Of a stretch of DNA of 64,000 bases, positions 39,901 through 51,740 are shown piece by piece. Made by a program: the position numbers and the translations under genes. Below the pieces are notes generated by a model. The model was given only the letters and a program-made list of their open reading frames with translations. It made no database searches and was not told the DNA's origin. Every line of letters begins with the position of its first letter. Position 1 is the first letter of the stretch. Source of the stretch: Malacoraja senta (lineage: Eukaryota); NCBI GenBank assembly GCA_038087875.1, contig CM075992.1, positions 10,666,001-10,730,000 on the forward strand. Direction: 5' to 3'.

Positions 39901-40263
39901 GAAGAGAAGAGTGAGTGAGCCAACAAGCCGTGCTGAGTAAGTCAGTGAGCCCAAAAGCCGTGCTGAGTGACGGTGAGCCCACATGCCTTGCTGAGTGAGT
40001 GAGTGAGTGAGTGAGCCCACAAGCCGTGCTGAGTGAATGAGTGATCCCATAAATTGTTCTGTCAGTGAGCCCATAAGTCGTACTGAGAGAGTCAATGAGA
40101 CCCCAAGACGTGATGAGTTCGTGAGTGAACCCACAAGCCATGCTGAGTGAGAGATGGAGAGAGAGAGCCCACAAGCCATGCTGAGATAGTGATTGAGCCC
40201 AACATTCCGTGCTGCGTGAGTGAGTGAACCCACAAATTGTGCTGAGTGAGGCAGTGAGCCCAC

Positions 40264-41097
40264 ATCAGAAGAATCAGAACCAGAATGCCGTTCAACCCTA
40301 GGTTCAAACGAAATTTCGTTTCTGCAGTCATACGAACAAGAAAACACCAAGACCCACAATTAACACAATTTACACGGACATCCATCACAGTGAATCTCCA
40401 AACACCTCCTCACTGTGATGGAAGGCAAGGTCTTGTCTCTCCCCTGTTCTTTATTCTTCTCCCGATGTTATAGCACCCGGCGGGCGATGGTAAGCCCCGC
40501 GACCGTTAAGGCTGATCCGGGCTATGTAAGGCCCTGCTCCGGGTCTTGATTTTGGGGCCCCCGACGGCAATGGTAAGGAACGCAGCCGTTAAAGCCGCGC
40601 CACCCGATATAAGGCCGCGCTCCGCGTCGTTTTTAACCCCGGGATTCGGGCGGGAGAAGTGGCCGTAGAGGGTGCTCCGAAAAGCTCTCTCCCACCAGGG
40701 ACCCGCAAGCTCCCGATGTTACCGTCTTCCGGGCCTGCGGCAGGAGCCTCCGAGCTCCGAAGTCGGGTCGCAGCCGCAGCCACGATAGCTCTCCACGCTC
40801 CGAAGCCGGCCAGCCCGGCAATGGTGAGTCCGCAGGCTCTGCGACTGGAAACCCAGGTCGATTCTGGTTGGAGGCCGCTCCACGGTGCTAGGCCCCAACG
40901 ATAACGGAGACAAATATCGGGTCCACGTACAGGGAAGAGATTTAAACGTTTCCACCCCACCCCCCACCGCCTCTCCACATATACACAGCTAAAAATATGA
41001 TATAAACTACAAACAAAACTTACACTTAACGGTACAAAAATTAAAAAAGACAGACGGACTGCAGAAGCCGCTGCCGACAGGCGCCGCAATCTTGCCA
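40264..41097 (-). mobile_element. GC-rich SINE-like element, copy D
   Basis: Paralogue of copy B with the same flanking satellite variants. Confidence 0.65.
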
Positions 41098-43209
41098 CGT
41101 GCTGAGTGAGTCAATGAGACCCCAAGCCGTGCTGAGTGAGTCAGTGAGCGCACTAGCCGTGTTGAGTGAGTCAGTGAGCCCACATTCCGTGCTGAGAGAG
41201 TCAGTGAGCCAACAAGCCGTGCTGAGTGAGTGAGTGAGCCCAAAAGACGTGCTGAGTGAGTGAGTGAGCCCACAAGCCGTGCTGAGTGAGAGAGAGAACC
41301 TATAAGCCGTGCTGAGTGAGTGAGTGAGCCCACGTCCCGTTGTGATTGAGTGGGTGAGCCCAAAATCCGTGCTGAGTGAGTATGCCCACAATCCGTGCTG
41401 AGTGAGTGAGTGACCCGCCACGCCGTGCTGAGTGAGTGAGTGAGCTCACAAGCCGTGCTGAGTGAGTGAGTGAGGTAACAAACAGTGCTTAGTGAGTGAG
41501 TGAGCCCACAAGTGGTGTTGAGTGAGTGTGAGCGAGCCCACAAGCAGTGTTTAGTGAGTGAGTGAGCCCACAAGGCATGCTGAGTGAGTGAGTGAGACGA
41601 CAAGCCGTGTGGAGTGAGTGAGTGAGCGCACAAGCGGTTCTGAGTGAGTGAGTGAGTGATCCCACAAGCCCCGATCGGTGAGTGTGTGAGCCCACAAGCC
41701 GTGCTGAGCAAGTAAGTGAGCTAACAAGCAGTGCTGAGTGAGTGAGTTAGTGAGTGAGTGAGCCCACACGTGGTGCTGAGTGAGTGAGTGAACCCACAAG
41801 CCGTGCTGAGTGAGTGTGTGAGCCCACAAGTCGTTCCGAGTGAGTCAGTTTGCCCACTACCCGTGCTGAGTGAGTGAGTGAGCCCACAAGGCGTACTGAG
41901 TGAGAGAGCCCACAAGCCATGCTAAGTGAGAGAGTGAGTCCACAAGCCGTGCAGGGTGAGTGATTAAGTCAGTGAGTGAGCCCACAAGCTGTGCTGAGTG
42001 AATCAGTGAGCCCACAAGACGTGCTAAGATTGAGTGAGCCCAAAAGCCGTGCTAAGTGAGTCTCAGCACTCAAGCCGTGCAGAGTGTGTCCACAAGCCGT
42101 GCTGAGTGTGCCCACATGCCGTGCTGAGTGAGTGAGTGAGCCCGCAAGACGTGGTGAGTGAGTCAGTGAGCCCAAAAACCGTGCTGCGTGAGTCAGTGAG
42201 CCCACAAACCGTGCTGAGTGAGTGAGTGAGTGAGCCCACAAGCGGTGCTGAGTAAGTAAATGAGCCCACAAGCCGTGTTGAGTGAGTGAGTGAGCCCACA
42301 ATCCGTGCTGAGTGAGCACACAAGCTGTGCTGAGTGAGCCAGTGTACCCACAAGCCGTGCTGAGTATGCGAGTGATCCCAAAAGCCGTGCTCAATGAGGC
42401 AGTGAGCCTACAAGCCTTGGTGAGTGAGTGACTGAGCCTACAAGCCTTGGTGAGTGAGTGACTGAGCCCACAACCCGTGCTGAGTAAGTCAGTGAGTCAG
42501 TGAGCCCACAACCCGTGCTGAGTCAATGAGTGTGGCAACAAGCAGTGCTGAGTAAGTGAATGAACCCACAAGCCGTGCTGAGCGAGTGAGCCCACAAATT
42601 GTGCTGAGTGAGTCAGTGAGCCCACAAGCCGTGCAGAGTGTGTCAATGAGTCCCCAAGCCGTGCTAAGTGAGTCAGTGAGCCCACTAGCCGTGCTGAGTG
42701 AGTTAGTTAGCCCACAAGCCGTTTTGAGTGAGTGAGTGAACACACAAGCCGTGCTGAGTGAGTGAGTGAGTGAGCCCACAAGCCGTGCTGAGCGAGTGAG
42801 TGAGCCCGAAAGCCGTGGTGAATGTCAGCGAGCCCAAAAGCCTTGCTGAGTGAGTGAGTGAACCCCAAGCCGTGGTGAGTGTGTCAGTGAGCCCACAAGC
42901 CGTGCTGAGTGAGTGAGTGTGCCTATAAGCCGTGCTGAGTGAATGGGAGAGCTTACAAGCCATGTTGGGTAAGTCAGTTAGCCCACAATCCGTTTTGAGT
43001 GAGTGAGTGAGTGAACCCACAAGCCGTGCTGAGTGAGTGAGTGAGCCCACAAGCCGTGCTGAGTGAGTGAGCCCACAAGCCGTGCTGAGCGAGTGAGTGA
43101 GCCCAAATGCCGTACTGAGTGAGTGAGTGAATTCAAGCGTCTTACCAGAAATGGGGTCCAGTTTAGGTAACGATGCGCTTCAGTGTGTTTGTCAGTAGCG
43201 TATAGTTAA

Positions 43210-43415
43210 TTTTATTTTATTGCCACGTGTAGCAAGAGAGGGTGAAAAGCTTTTGTTGCGTGCTATCCAATCAGCGTAAAAATAACACATGATTACAAAC
43301 GAGACATTTACCCGATAACGCAATAGTTTTAATGCCAGGTAAAGCCAGTAAAGTCCGATCTAGAATGGGCAAGGGCCACCAATGAGCTGCTTATAACAAC
43401 TGGGATGAAACTGTG
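43210..43415 (-). mobile_element. Rex/Babar-like 3' UTR fragment
   Basis: TTTATTGCCACGTGT...GTGAAAAGCTTTTGTTGCGTGCTATCCAATCAGCG is the reverse complement of the tails at ~52798-52860 and ~53815-53860. Confidence 0.6.
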
Positions 43416-43942
43416 CTACTCTGTCACAGTGCGCGTCAGTTGTGTTTCACCACTGCTCCCTAATTCACACGCAATGAACAACTCTTCTATTTTCTTTCTG
43501 TCTGCTTTAATGAGCTCTGTTACTTGTGTAATTTGGCGTTAATCTGCAGTCAGGCAGATTAACAGTTTACACGTTCATATTAATGTTAACGTATTTTCAG
43601 GCACAGGTACTTGTTAGCTTCGTCGGACGGGAAGGAGGGTACGATATACATTAACAGACTAACAAAACATTCGGTACAGTTTGTGAAACCTCTTCAGCAG
43701 CAATAGAGCAACATCATGAACTGCCGAGGAAGCATGCACGGTAATAACACTTTCCATGGCGCACACTCATGACCGCTGGGGAGCAGAAATTGAAGTAAAT
43801 GATGAATTCGTTGTTTCTGCATTCATAGATGAGGGGATGCAGATATTATGTCAATGCACCGGAACACATGATGTAGGGAGAGTGAGGACAAAGTGAATTC
43901 AGCATTAGTAAGCAAATAACATAAGGTGCACTTATATTCTCG

Positions 43943-44142
43943 NNNNNNNNNNNNNNNNNNNNNNNNNNNNNNNNNNNNNNNNNNNNNNNNNNNNNNNNNN
44001 NNNNNNNNNNNNNNNNNNNNNNNNNNNNNNNNNNNNNNNNNNNNNNNNNNNNNNNNNNNNNNNNNNNNNNNNNNNNNNNNNNNNNNNNNNNNNNNNNNNN
44101 NNNNNNNNNNNNNNNNNNNNNNNNNNNNNNNNNNNNNNNNNN
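43943..44142. other. Assembly gap (200 N)
   Basis: Run of N; true distance and adjacency unknown. Confidence 1.
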
Positions 44143-44404
44143 GGGGCCGTGGTACGCCGCGAACAAGGATTGTTCGACGTACCCGACAAAGAGGCAGGCG
44201 TAGCTGGGGCCCATGCGCGTGCCCATAGCTACGCCTTGTATTTGGAGGAAATGGGAGGAGTCAAACAAGAAGTTATTGAGGGTAAGGACCAATTCCGCTT
44301 GGCGGAGGAGCGTATCAGTGGACGGGTATAGGTGGCTCCTCCGGTCGAGGAAGAACCGGAGGGCTTTGAGACCATCCTGGTGGCGAATGGAGGTGTAGAG
44401 TGAT
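44143..44404 (-). mobile_element. Penelope-like RT fragment
   Basis: SLYTSI...VLTLNNFLFDSSHFLQIQGVAMGTRMGPSYACLFVGYVE, homologous to 58320-58570. Confidence 0.9.
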
Positions 44405-44409
44405 ACGTA

Positions 44410-46796
44410 GTCTGGCGAGCACTGAGGGCGAGTGTTTAAGACTCTAGAGGGTTGAAGTCCCCGCCTGGGGGGTTCGAGTCGCGTGGATGGTGGGAGTTGG
44501 TCTCACAAGCTTTTTTTCTAGTCGGTTTGAGGCCCCACACCTTTATTAGACAACAGTTGTTGATTTCAGGTATCATTGAGTTGGCCCGATATTGGAGGTT
44601 CGGTAAACCGTGGGGTTTGAGGCTCCACTCAGACTGCGATACAAATTTCGAGGTATCCTCATAGACAGGAATGAGCGGGAACACTAAGAGGAGGAAGTAA
44701 TGTATCGCTGCTGAGATTGTGATTGGAAAGATACACTTTAAAATTCAGCATCAAAGACCAGCACGAAGCGGATATTTGCTGAAGTCGAGTATTTATCAGG
44801 TGGGAAGAATTTATTTTTATTTATTTATTTTTAAATTTCATTCGGCCTCGGCTCACCCTGGCTGCCGTGGCCGACTCAAACTGGTCGCAGATACTAATCA
44901 GTCTGCGGACCGACCCTGGATCCGAGCAGAAGACGGTGGGAAGGAGATGTGTCCTCGCCTGTGTGTCGTTTAAGCACTTCAGAACTACTGGGTACTCAGT
45001 GTTGGAGTATAGATTGGTTGAGAAATATTTTAAAACAACACTGAGAGGGGTGGAGACGTGTCTATTATCTGAAACAGTTATCTAAATTTTCCGATAAAAA
45101 ATTGCACTAAATTCAGGGCGTTCATATTGACTCCAGCACGTTATACACTTTGTATGCATCACAGACATCCTCCTGTGTCTACACCACCACCCACACCCCC
45201 TGCTGATCCTATAGTGTCACCTGCTCACCAGACAGCATCACCAGTACAGAGTTCCTTGACCCCAACTGTTCCACCACTAACAGATATTCCAGTGGCGCAC
45301 GGTATAAGGAGCAAAACAAAGAAAATTGCTCCCGTGTGGAAAGATAAAGTACGACCACCAGAACCATTTTATGAGCCTAAACCTGGACGAATAAGACAAC
45401 CACCTAGAGAGACAAGATATGCCTTTTTTTAGAAATATCGTCTTTCCCCTAGTGATGAGGTTGATACATCAGATGGTGAAACAGTATCACGGGACACTAA
45501 GAGTGAGTCAGACATATCAACAATTATGAAGGAAGAACAAATATCACATTGTCAGTTCCCAGTTAGGGAGATCCGGCAAATGCGGTTGGTGCAAACAATC
45601 CTCGAACCATTGATGTATACTCCCCATGGAAACCAAATGAAATGATGGCAACACTGAGTAATATACCTGACAGTAATGAATCACCTGCTTTCTTTGTGGA
45701 TTATCTCCGGACCACTATGCGCGTGTATCACGCGGACCTGAGATATTGTGGGCTGGAATACAACAAATTATAATTCCTATGGAGCATACCAGGTTCCTAG
45801 CCACTTTAGGACACCCAACACATAATCGTTGACAACAATGCAAGAGAAGTTGCAGTTTTAACTGCCCTTGCCAATGCCATTCAAAAGCCAATAGTCATTG
45901 CTAGGATTCTGGATGTTCGACCAAAGAAAGGTGCAGATGAGTCTTTAGAAAGCTTCTTGGACCAGTCAGGGATCTAAATTTTCGGAATGGGGAAAATTCT
46001 CCTCAGTACTGCGCAATATTGTGAAACTGTCTGCCAACTAATGTGGCCGAAGCAAACAACATGGACTGGTCAAAGAACAGTTTCAGTCAAATGGCTCGTG
46101 CAGTGAAGTATCACTGGAAGGACATTAAAAAACAAGAGAATCAGCCTGTAGTTAAGGCAAAAACTGAATATGTAATGAAGAAGGAGGCGCCAAAGTCTAA
46201 TGTAGATTTATGCCGTCCTCAAGCAAGGGCCAGGCATGGTTTAGACAACGGCGGGAGAACCGGATTATCCAGGTTACCCTGACGAACCACCTCCGCTAGA
46301 ACCACTTTCCCCAAGACAACACTGGAGAGGGCATATAATATAGGGACCAGCCCAATGTTATGCTTGCGATGGCTTAGGTCACTGGAGTAGGGATTTATTA
46401 ATGTGCCCACCTTGTTTTCTCGATGTCTTCAAGAACAGTTAAGCACTTTAAGTTTTAAAATTAAATCCACTTTCGGACATTATGTGGACGACTTGTTGTT
46501 GGCTAGTGTAGATGAGCAGAGCAATCGGTAGGACACTGCTCAATTATTGAAGCACCTGGCAACCTTATGATATGTGGTCTCTCAGTCCAAAGTATTGATG
46601 GCTCAACAAAAACTAATGTTTTGGGGAGTAATAATTTTGGTTACAGAGAGAAGTTTAGAAAACAGCAGACTTGAACCAATTTGCGAATTTCCTGCTCCAA
46701 AAGGGGAAAGCAAATGAGACAGTGGCTCGGTATGGTGAACTACTGCTGACCCTGGATCCCTAATATTGCACTAGACACCAAGGAATTGACTCCTAA
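44410..46796 (+). mobile_element. Second, different class I ERV fragment (leader, gag, deleted pol)
   Basis: Pro-rich segment, capsid-like VYSPWKPNEM, knuckle CYACDGLGHWSRD at 46356, HYVDDLLLAS (YVDD 46481-46492), WLGMVNYC*PWIPN. Confidence 0.78.
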
Positions 46797-47460
46797 TGGG
46801 CCTTTCCCACTTAGGCGATTTGTCAGCTGGCTGCCGGTGATAGTCAAGTTGCTGGCAGTCGCCTGTAAAACCGAGAACTGGAAGCGCGACTGTCAGAGTG
46901 GAACACACACACACAAACACATCGCATAGGCAGGGGCCTGTGCAAGCAGGGGGAGCACTGTCTGAAATTCACATAATGCAAAGCCAATGTGATACAGACA
47001 CACACCGCGATGAACAGGAATGTTCGCGGTGTAATTAAGACGGCTACCATAGTGTATGGTAAGTCCTTTAAAAGAGGGGGAGAGAAGGGGGAGAAGGGGG
47101 GTGAAGTAGTGGAGAAGGGGTGGTTTAATAAGCCAGAGATACATAGCTGTGAAGTTCGGCGGAGATTTAACATTACCGGTCGGTTATCCTTGGTTCTGAA
47201 AACACTTGCTTACGTTTTTTTCCCCCAATGCACCAATGAAAATGACGTGTCAGCAAAGGCGATTAACTAAACCTATCTACGACTATCTTGACTACCTACA
47301 ACTATATGGCGACCCCACTACAACTGCACCTACGACTACAGGATTATCGATTATCTCCATGGCGACCAATTTATGGTCGCAGAAAAATGTTCACATGTTG
47401 AAAAATTTGCGGCGACGATACTGAGGCCATGATTAATTTCCAGAATAGGAGTATCACACG
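46797..47460. mobile_element. Probable Harbinger-like non-autonomous DNA transposon fragment
   Basis: Interrupts pol after TAA; starts TGGGCCTTTCCCACTTAGGCGATT; other TIR not found. Confidence 0.45.
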
Positions 47461-47499
47461 CACTTTGCGTTTTCACTAATATTTCTTGACGTAATAAAG

Positions 47500-48030
47500 A
47501 CATGATGACTATAATAGCTATCCCTTCTTCAGCCTCCGGGGTCAGTCAATACTGTTTTAAACATGACAAAGCAGCACCCTTTTTTTAAAATCACTATATG
47601 TTCAGGGGCTGAACGCACTCGCCCCACATGAATCTTATACTCTGCCCATAGTTCAGAAAGTACTTGGACAAGAGCCATTGGTAACCTTGGTGGATCCTCA
47701 GTAGGCGGCTGTTGCTTTTCAAAAATAGCATCTTATTTCTCTCTGACTCATGTGATCTTTTCTTCCGTGTCATGAAATAAGTCAATCTAGACCTCTACTT
47801 TTTTCCATTCGCAAATTTAAAACATGAATTGCCTCTTTGTCCTTCAGCATTTTTATAATTTCTCCTATTTCCTTCGCTGTTGCTGGTCTAGTAGTTATGG
47901 TCAGTTGAGACTCAGAGGTGTTTCCCGTCTCACATTGATCCCTTTGGTTTTGAGAGAGGTGGACCATTATTCCTCTTCACAAAAAACAAATAAGGGATCA
48001 CTGTTAGCTGTTTGAGCTTATTCAACCAGG
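47500..48030 (-). mobile_element. Retroviral gag/pol fragment in opposite orientation
   Basis: Minus strand VLSELWAEYKIHVGRVRSAPEHIVILKKG...KQY*LTPEAEEGI resembles a retroviral RT N-terminus. Confidence 0.6.
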
Positions 48031-48204
48031 GGGGAACTTTTTCCTGGTACCCGGGATTAGGGAGGAACGTATATACTGTCAGTCGGAAGAAGGATCTCGC
48101 TCCGAAATGTCGCCCATTCCTTATCTCCAGAGATGCTGCCTGACCCACTGAGTTACTCCAGCATTTTATGCGTACCATTATAATGCCGTGTTATGTGAGG
48201 ATTT

Positions 48205-49536
48205 CATATTTTGCTTGGGTTCGGTTACACCCCAGCGGTATGAACATTGACTTCTCTAACTTCAGATAGCCCTTCCTTTCCCTCTACATCCCCTTCCCCT
48301 TCCCAAGTCAAGTCAAGTCAAGTCAGATTTATTCGTCACGTGCACATAAATTGCAGTGAAATGAACTTGCCAGCAGCTGTACAATAAAGAAAGAACACAC
48401 AATACACAATATAAATTAGCACAAACGTCCACCACAGCATTCATCACTGTGGTGGAAGACACAAAGTTTGGTCAGTCCTCCACCATTTCCCCCCGTGGTC
48501 GGGACCACAACCCTCCGCAGTCGCCGCTGCGGGCGGCCAGATGTGCAGACAAGATTACTCCAGGTAAGTCCCGAATCGGTGCTTCCCTACCGGAGACCGC
48601 GGCTTCAAGATGGTGTTGGCCGCAGGCCGGCGGTCGAAGATCTAAAGTCCCCGCCGCGCCGCAGCCAGAAGCACCGCAGACCGCAGGGCCGGCGGTCGGA
48701 GCTCCTCTTCAGGGATCCCGCTCCGGATGGTAGGTCCCCGCCGCGCCAGCAGGAAGCACCGCAGTCCGCGGCTTATAGATGGTGTAGGCCGTGCGCCGGT
48801 GGTCGTAGCTCTTCTCCGAGGATCCCCGGCGAGAGATCCCGCTCCGGATGGTAAGTCTCCGCCGCGCCCGCGGTTAGAAGTAGGCCGCGGGCCGGCAGTC
48901 GGAGCTCTTCTCCTCCGGGGTCCCCAAAGAGGGATCCCAGGCTCCGGCCGCCGCGCCAGCTGGAGCTCAGCAGACCGCGATTTTAGACTGCAGCGGGCCT
49001 GCGAACGGAGCGCTCCCCTCCGGCGATCCCCGGCGAGGGCTCGCCCGCTCTGTGACGAAAGTGTCCACGCTGCGCCCGCGGCTGCAGCCCCGGGCGCATC
49101 TCCGGGAAAGGCCACACCTGCGTTAGGCCGCGAGAAGGGCGACATGGAAAAAGTCGTCTCTCCGTGGAGGAGGCGACCGAAGCGGTTTCCACCTTACCCC
49201 CCCCCCCCCCCCCACCACATGAGACACACCGATAAACATTAAAACACACATTCGGACACACTAAGAAAACAAAGAAAGTAGAATAAACTAACACGCTGCT
49301 GGCAGGGCAGCCGTCTCGCAGCGCCCCCACCGACCTAGTTCTCCCACTAGTCTTACTGTCTTCGCCTACATTCTTTCTTTGTCCCGCCTAATCCCCTGAC
49401 TTCAGTCTGAAGAAAGGTCTCGACCTAAAATGTCGCCAATTCCTTCTCTCCATAGATGATGCCGCACCCGCTTAGTTACTCAGGCATTTTATGTCTACCT
49501 TCGATTTTAGCAGCATCTGCAGTTCTTTCTTAAACA
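48205..49536 (+). mobile_element. Penelope 3' end (48205-48304 and 49336-49536) split by a SINE-like insertion
   Basis: Homologous to 59557-59797, including the hammerhead-like motif at 49407. Confidence 0.7.
48305..49331 (-). mobile_element. GC-rich SINE-like element with (TTGAC)n tail and internal tandem repeats
   Basis: (AAGTC)n then TTTATT on +; internal repeats containing GGTCGGAGCTC...GATCCCGCTCCGGATGGTA; architecture parallels the satellite-embedded copies. Confidence 0.6.
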
Positions 49537-50171
49537 ATACAAGGGCATTTTGGACATTATTGTATCTCAACTTTTAGGCGGCCCGCGCCACCATCCCCTT
49601 TCCAAGCCAATCATAAGCCCCGATTTACTGCAACGTATCTACGCTACTAGCGGTTGGGGGCGCGGGTGGTCTACTGTAACACACTGCTGAGAGAAACAAG
49701 CTTCCTTATCTCCATCTACTATTTCATATTTACATTTACCATCCACCCTTCAATACATCCCTTGCCAAGAGATAAAACGTCTAACCTTATTTTGCCGATA
49801 CCCACGAACCTACGAACGGAGCGCTCCCCAACGAGAGATGCCAATTGTCACATCCAAACACCCTTTCATTACCTTGTTCAATTCCAATCAAAATTAAGTA
49901 AGAAAGGACATTAATATTTTCGTCCACACATGCATTCCTAAGAAACCTCATACTGTAGAAAATTGGAATGAAAAAATGGTTGTCAATGGGGGAAAGTGCA
50001 AGGCACTCGTCAGGAGTGTCATGGAATACTCATCCCATGTTATGCTGCTTGTTCAATTTTCATTGTTCCGTTGTCAGTAAATACAACAATTAAACCACTC
50101 TTTTGACCATTGTGTAGTGCGTTCATGTATTAGAAACAAGGAACTGTAGATGTAGATACAAAAAAAAATAC

Positions 50172-50460
50172 ACAAAGGGCTGGAGTAACTCAGCGGGTCA
50201 GGCAGCATCCGTGGAGAACATGGATAGGTGACGTTTCACAGAGTTCTGGAGTAACTAAGCGGGTCAGGCAGCATCTGTGGAGAACATGGATAGGTGACGT
50301 TTCACATAGTGCTGGAGTAACTCAGCGGGTCAGGCAGCATCTGTGGAGAACATGGATAGGTGACGTTTCACAGAGTGCTGGAGTAAATCAGCGGGTTAGG
50401 CAGAATCTCTGGAGGACATGGATAGGTGACGTTTTGCGTTGAGACCGTTCTTCAGACTGA
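50172..50460 (-). repeat. Four 66-bp tandem copies of the Penelope terminal segment
   Basis: CTGGAGTAA at 50180, 50246, 50312 and 50378; hammerhead-like core on the minus strand at ~50428-50456. Confidence 0.85.
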
Positions 50461-50576
50461 TTTAGCGGGGGGGTGGGCGGGTAGAAATCTATCAGAGAGG
50501 CCGGACAAAGCCTGACAGGTAAGAGGTGAAAAAAGTAGGAAGGAACTGCAGATGTTGGCTGTGAGTGGAGATGGGT

Positions 50577-50940
50577 GTCAAGTCAAGAAGTCAAGAGTGT
50601 TTATTGTTATGTGTCCCAGATAGGACAATGAAATTCTTCCTTGCTGCAGCACAACAGAATATTGTAGGCATAAATACAGAACTGATCAGTGTGTCCATAT
50701 ACCATAGAATATATATACCATAGAATATATATAACAGATCAAGTGTGATAGGCTGTTATAGTTCAGAGTTTGTTTGAAGTTGTGTTTAATGGTCTGATGG
50801 CTGTGGGAAAGTAGCTGTTCCTGAACCTGGATGTTGCAGATTTCATGCTCCTGTACCTTTTACCTGAAGGTAGCGGAGATATGAGTGTGTGGCCAGGATG
50901 GTGTGCGTCCTTGATGATGTTGGCAGCCTTTCTGAGGCAG
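50577..50940 (-). mobile_element. Rex/Babar LINE 3' fragment
   Basis: CLRKAANIIKDAHHPGH...RYRSMKSATSRFRNSYFPTAIR; (TTGAC)n tail. Confidence 0.8.
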
Positions 50941-51176
50941 AGAATTCCACAGACTCAAAACTCTCTATGAGAAAAAGTGTTTCCTCATCTCCGTTCTAAA
51001 TGGCTTACCCTTATTCTTAAACTGTGGCCCCTGATTCTGGAAACCCCCCAACATCGGGAAAAAGTTTCCTACCTCTAGCGTGTCCAAAAGCGTAATAATC
51101 TTATATGTTTCAATAAGATCCGATCTCATCCTTCTAAACTCCAGAGTATACAAGCCCAGCCGCTCCATTCTCTCAG
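50938..51176 (-). mobile_element. CR1 fragment
   Basis: ERMERLGLYTLEFRRMRSDLIETYKII...FRTEMRKHFFS. Confidence 0.88.
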
Positions 51177-51279
51177 CGGAGGCGCTGGGGGAGAACATGA
51201 AGCAGTGAGTGGCGGCCGGAGAGGGAGAGGGGGAGTGTCGGAGCCGCGTCTGCGTTGTCAATGTGATCACTGGGGAGGG

Positions 51280-51740
51280 TCTGGATGGGGAGTAAGAGGG
51301 GGAGGAGAGAGAGGGAAGGAGGAGGATGAGGGAGGAAAAGGGGTGATGAGGAGAGAGGGAAGGGAGGAGGGAGGGGGAGGTAGGAGATGGGAGGATGGGG
51401 AGTAAGAGGGAAGAGAGGGGGGATGGAGGGAGAGGGAGGGGGGAGAGATGAGAGGGAGTGGGTGAGGGGGGATAGGAGAGGAGGAGAGGGAGTGGATAGG
51501 GTGGAGAGCGAAGGGGAAGGAGGCTGGGATAGGGAGAGGCGAGTAGATGGAAGGAGCATGGGTTGGGGAGAGGGTGGAGGGTGGAGGAAGTGGAGGCGGA
51601 GGCAGGAAGGGATAGAGGGAGTGAGGAGTGAGAGGAAGGGGTGAAGTGGGCACATGGGTGAGGGAGTAGGATTGAATGGGAGGGGAGGGGGAGAGAGGGA
51701 GAAGAAGGATTTGCCGGGCAAAGGGTGGAGGGGGTGGACG
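51280..51740 (+). repeat. Purine (G/A)-rich low-complexity tract
   Basis: Almost pure GGA/GGG/GAG sequence. Confidence 0.9.

Larger units (their letters stand above)
31781..43131. repeat. Satellite array, unit GAGCCCACAAGCCGTGCT(GAGT)n, ~26-38 bp, with higher-order duplication
   Basis: Hundreds of degenerate tandem units that vary in GAGT number. Confidence 0.97.

Noticed and set aside
31802..43050. Many long minus-strand ORFs (THSLSTACGL, SARLVGSL, QHGLWAH)
   Set aside because: Translations of the satellite, open in all three frames because the strand lacks stops; no coding signal.
31781..43131. CRISPR-like repeat and spacer appearance
   Set aside because: Spacers are GAGT runs, not unique sequence; no cas genes; eukaryotic context.
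43846..44292. ORFs spanning the N run
   Set aside because: Gap artefacts; only the Penelope part right of the gap is meaningful.
44413..44430. PBS for the second ERV (TGGCGAGC...)
   Set aside because: Only about 8 nt resemble a tRNA 3' end and no LTR is visible upstream.
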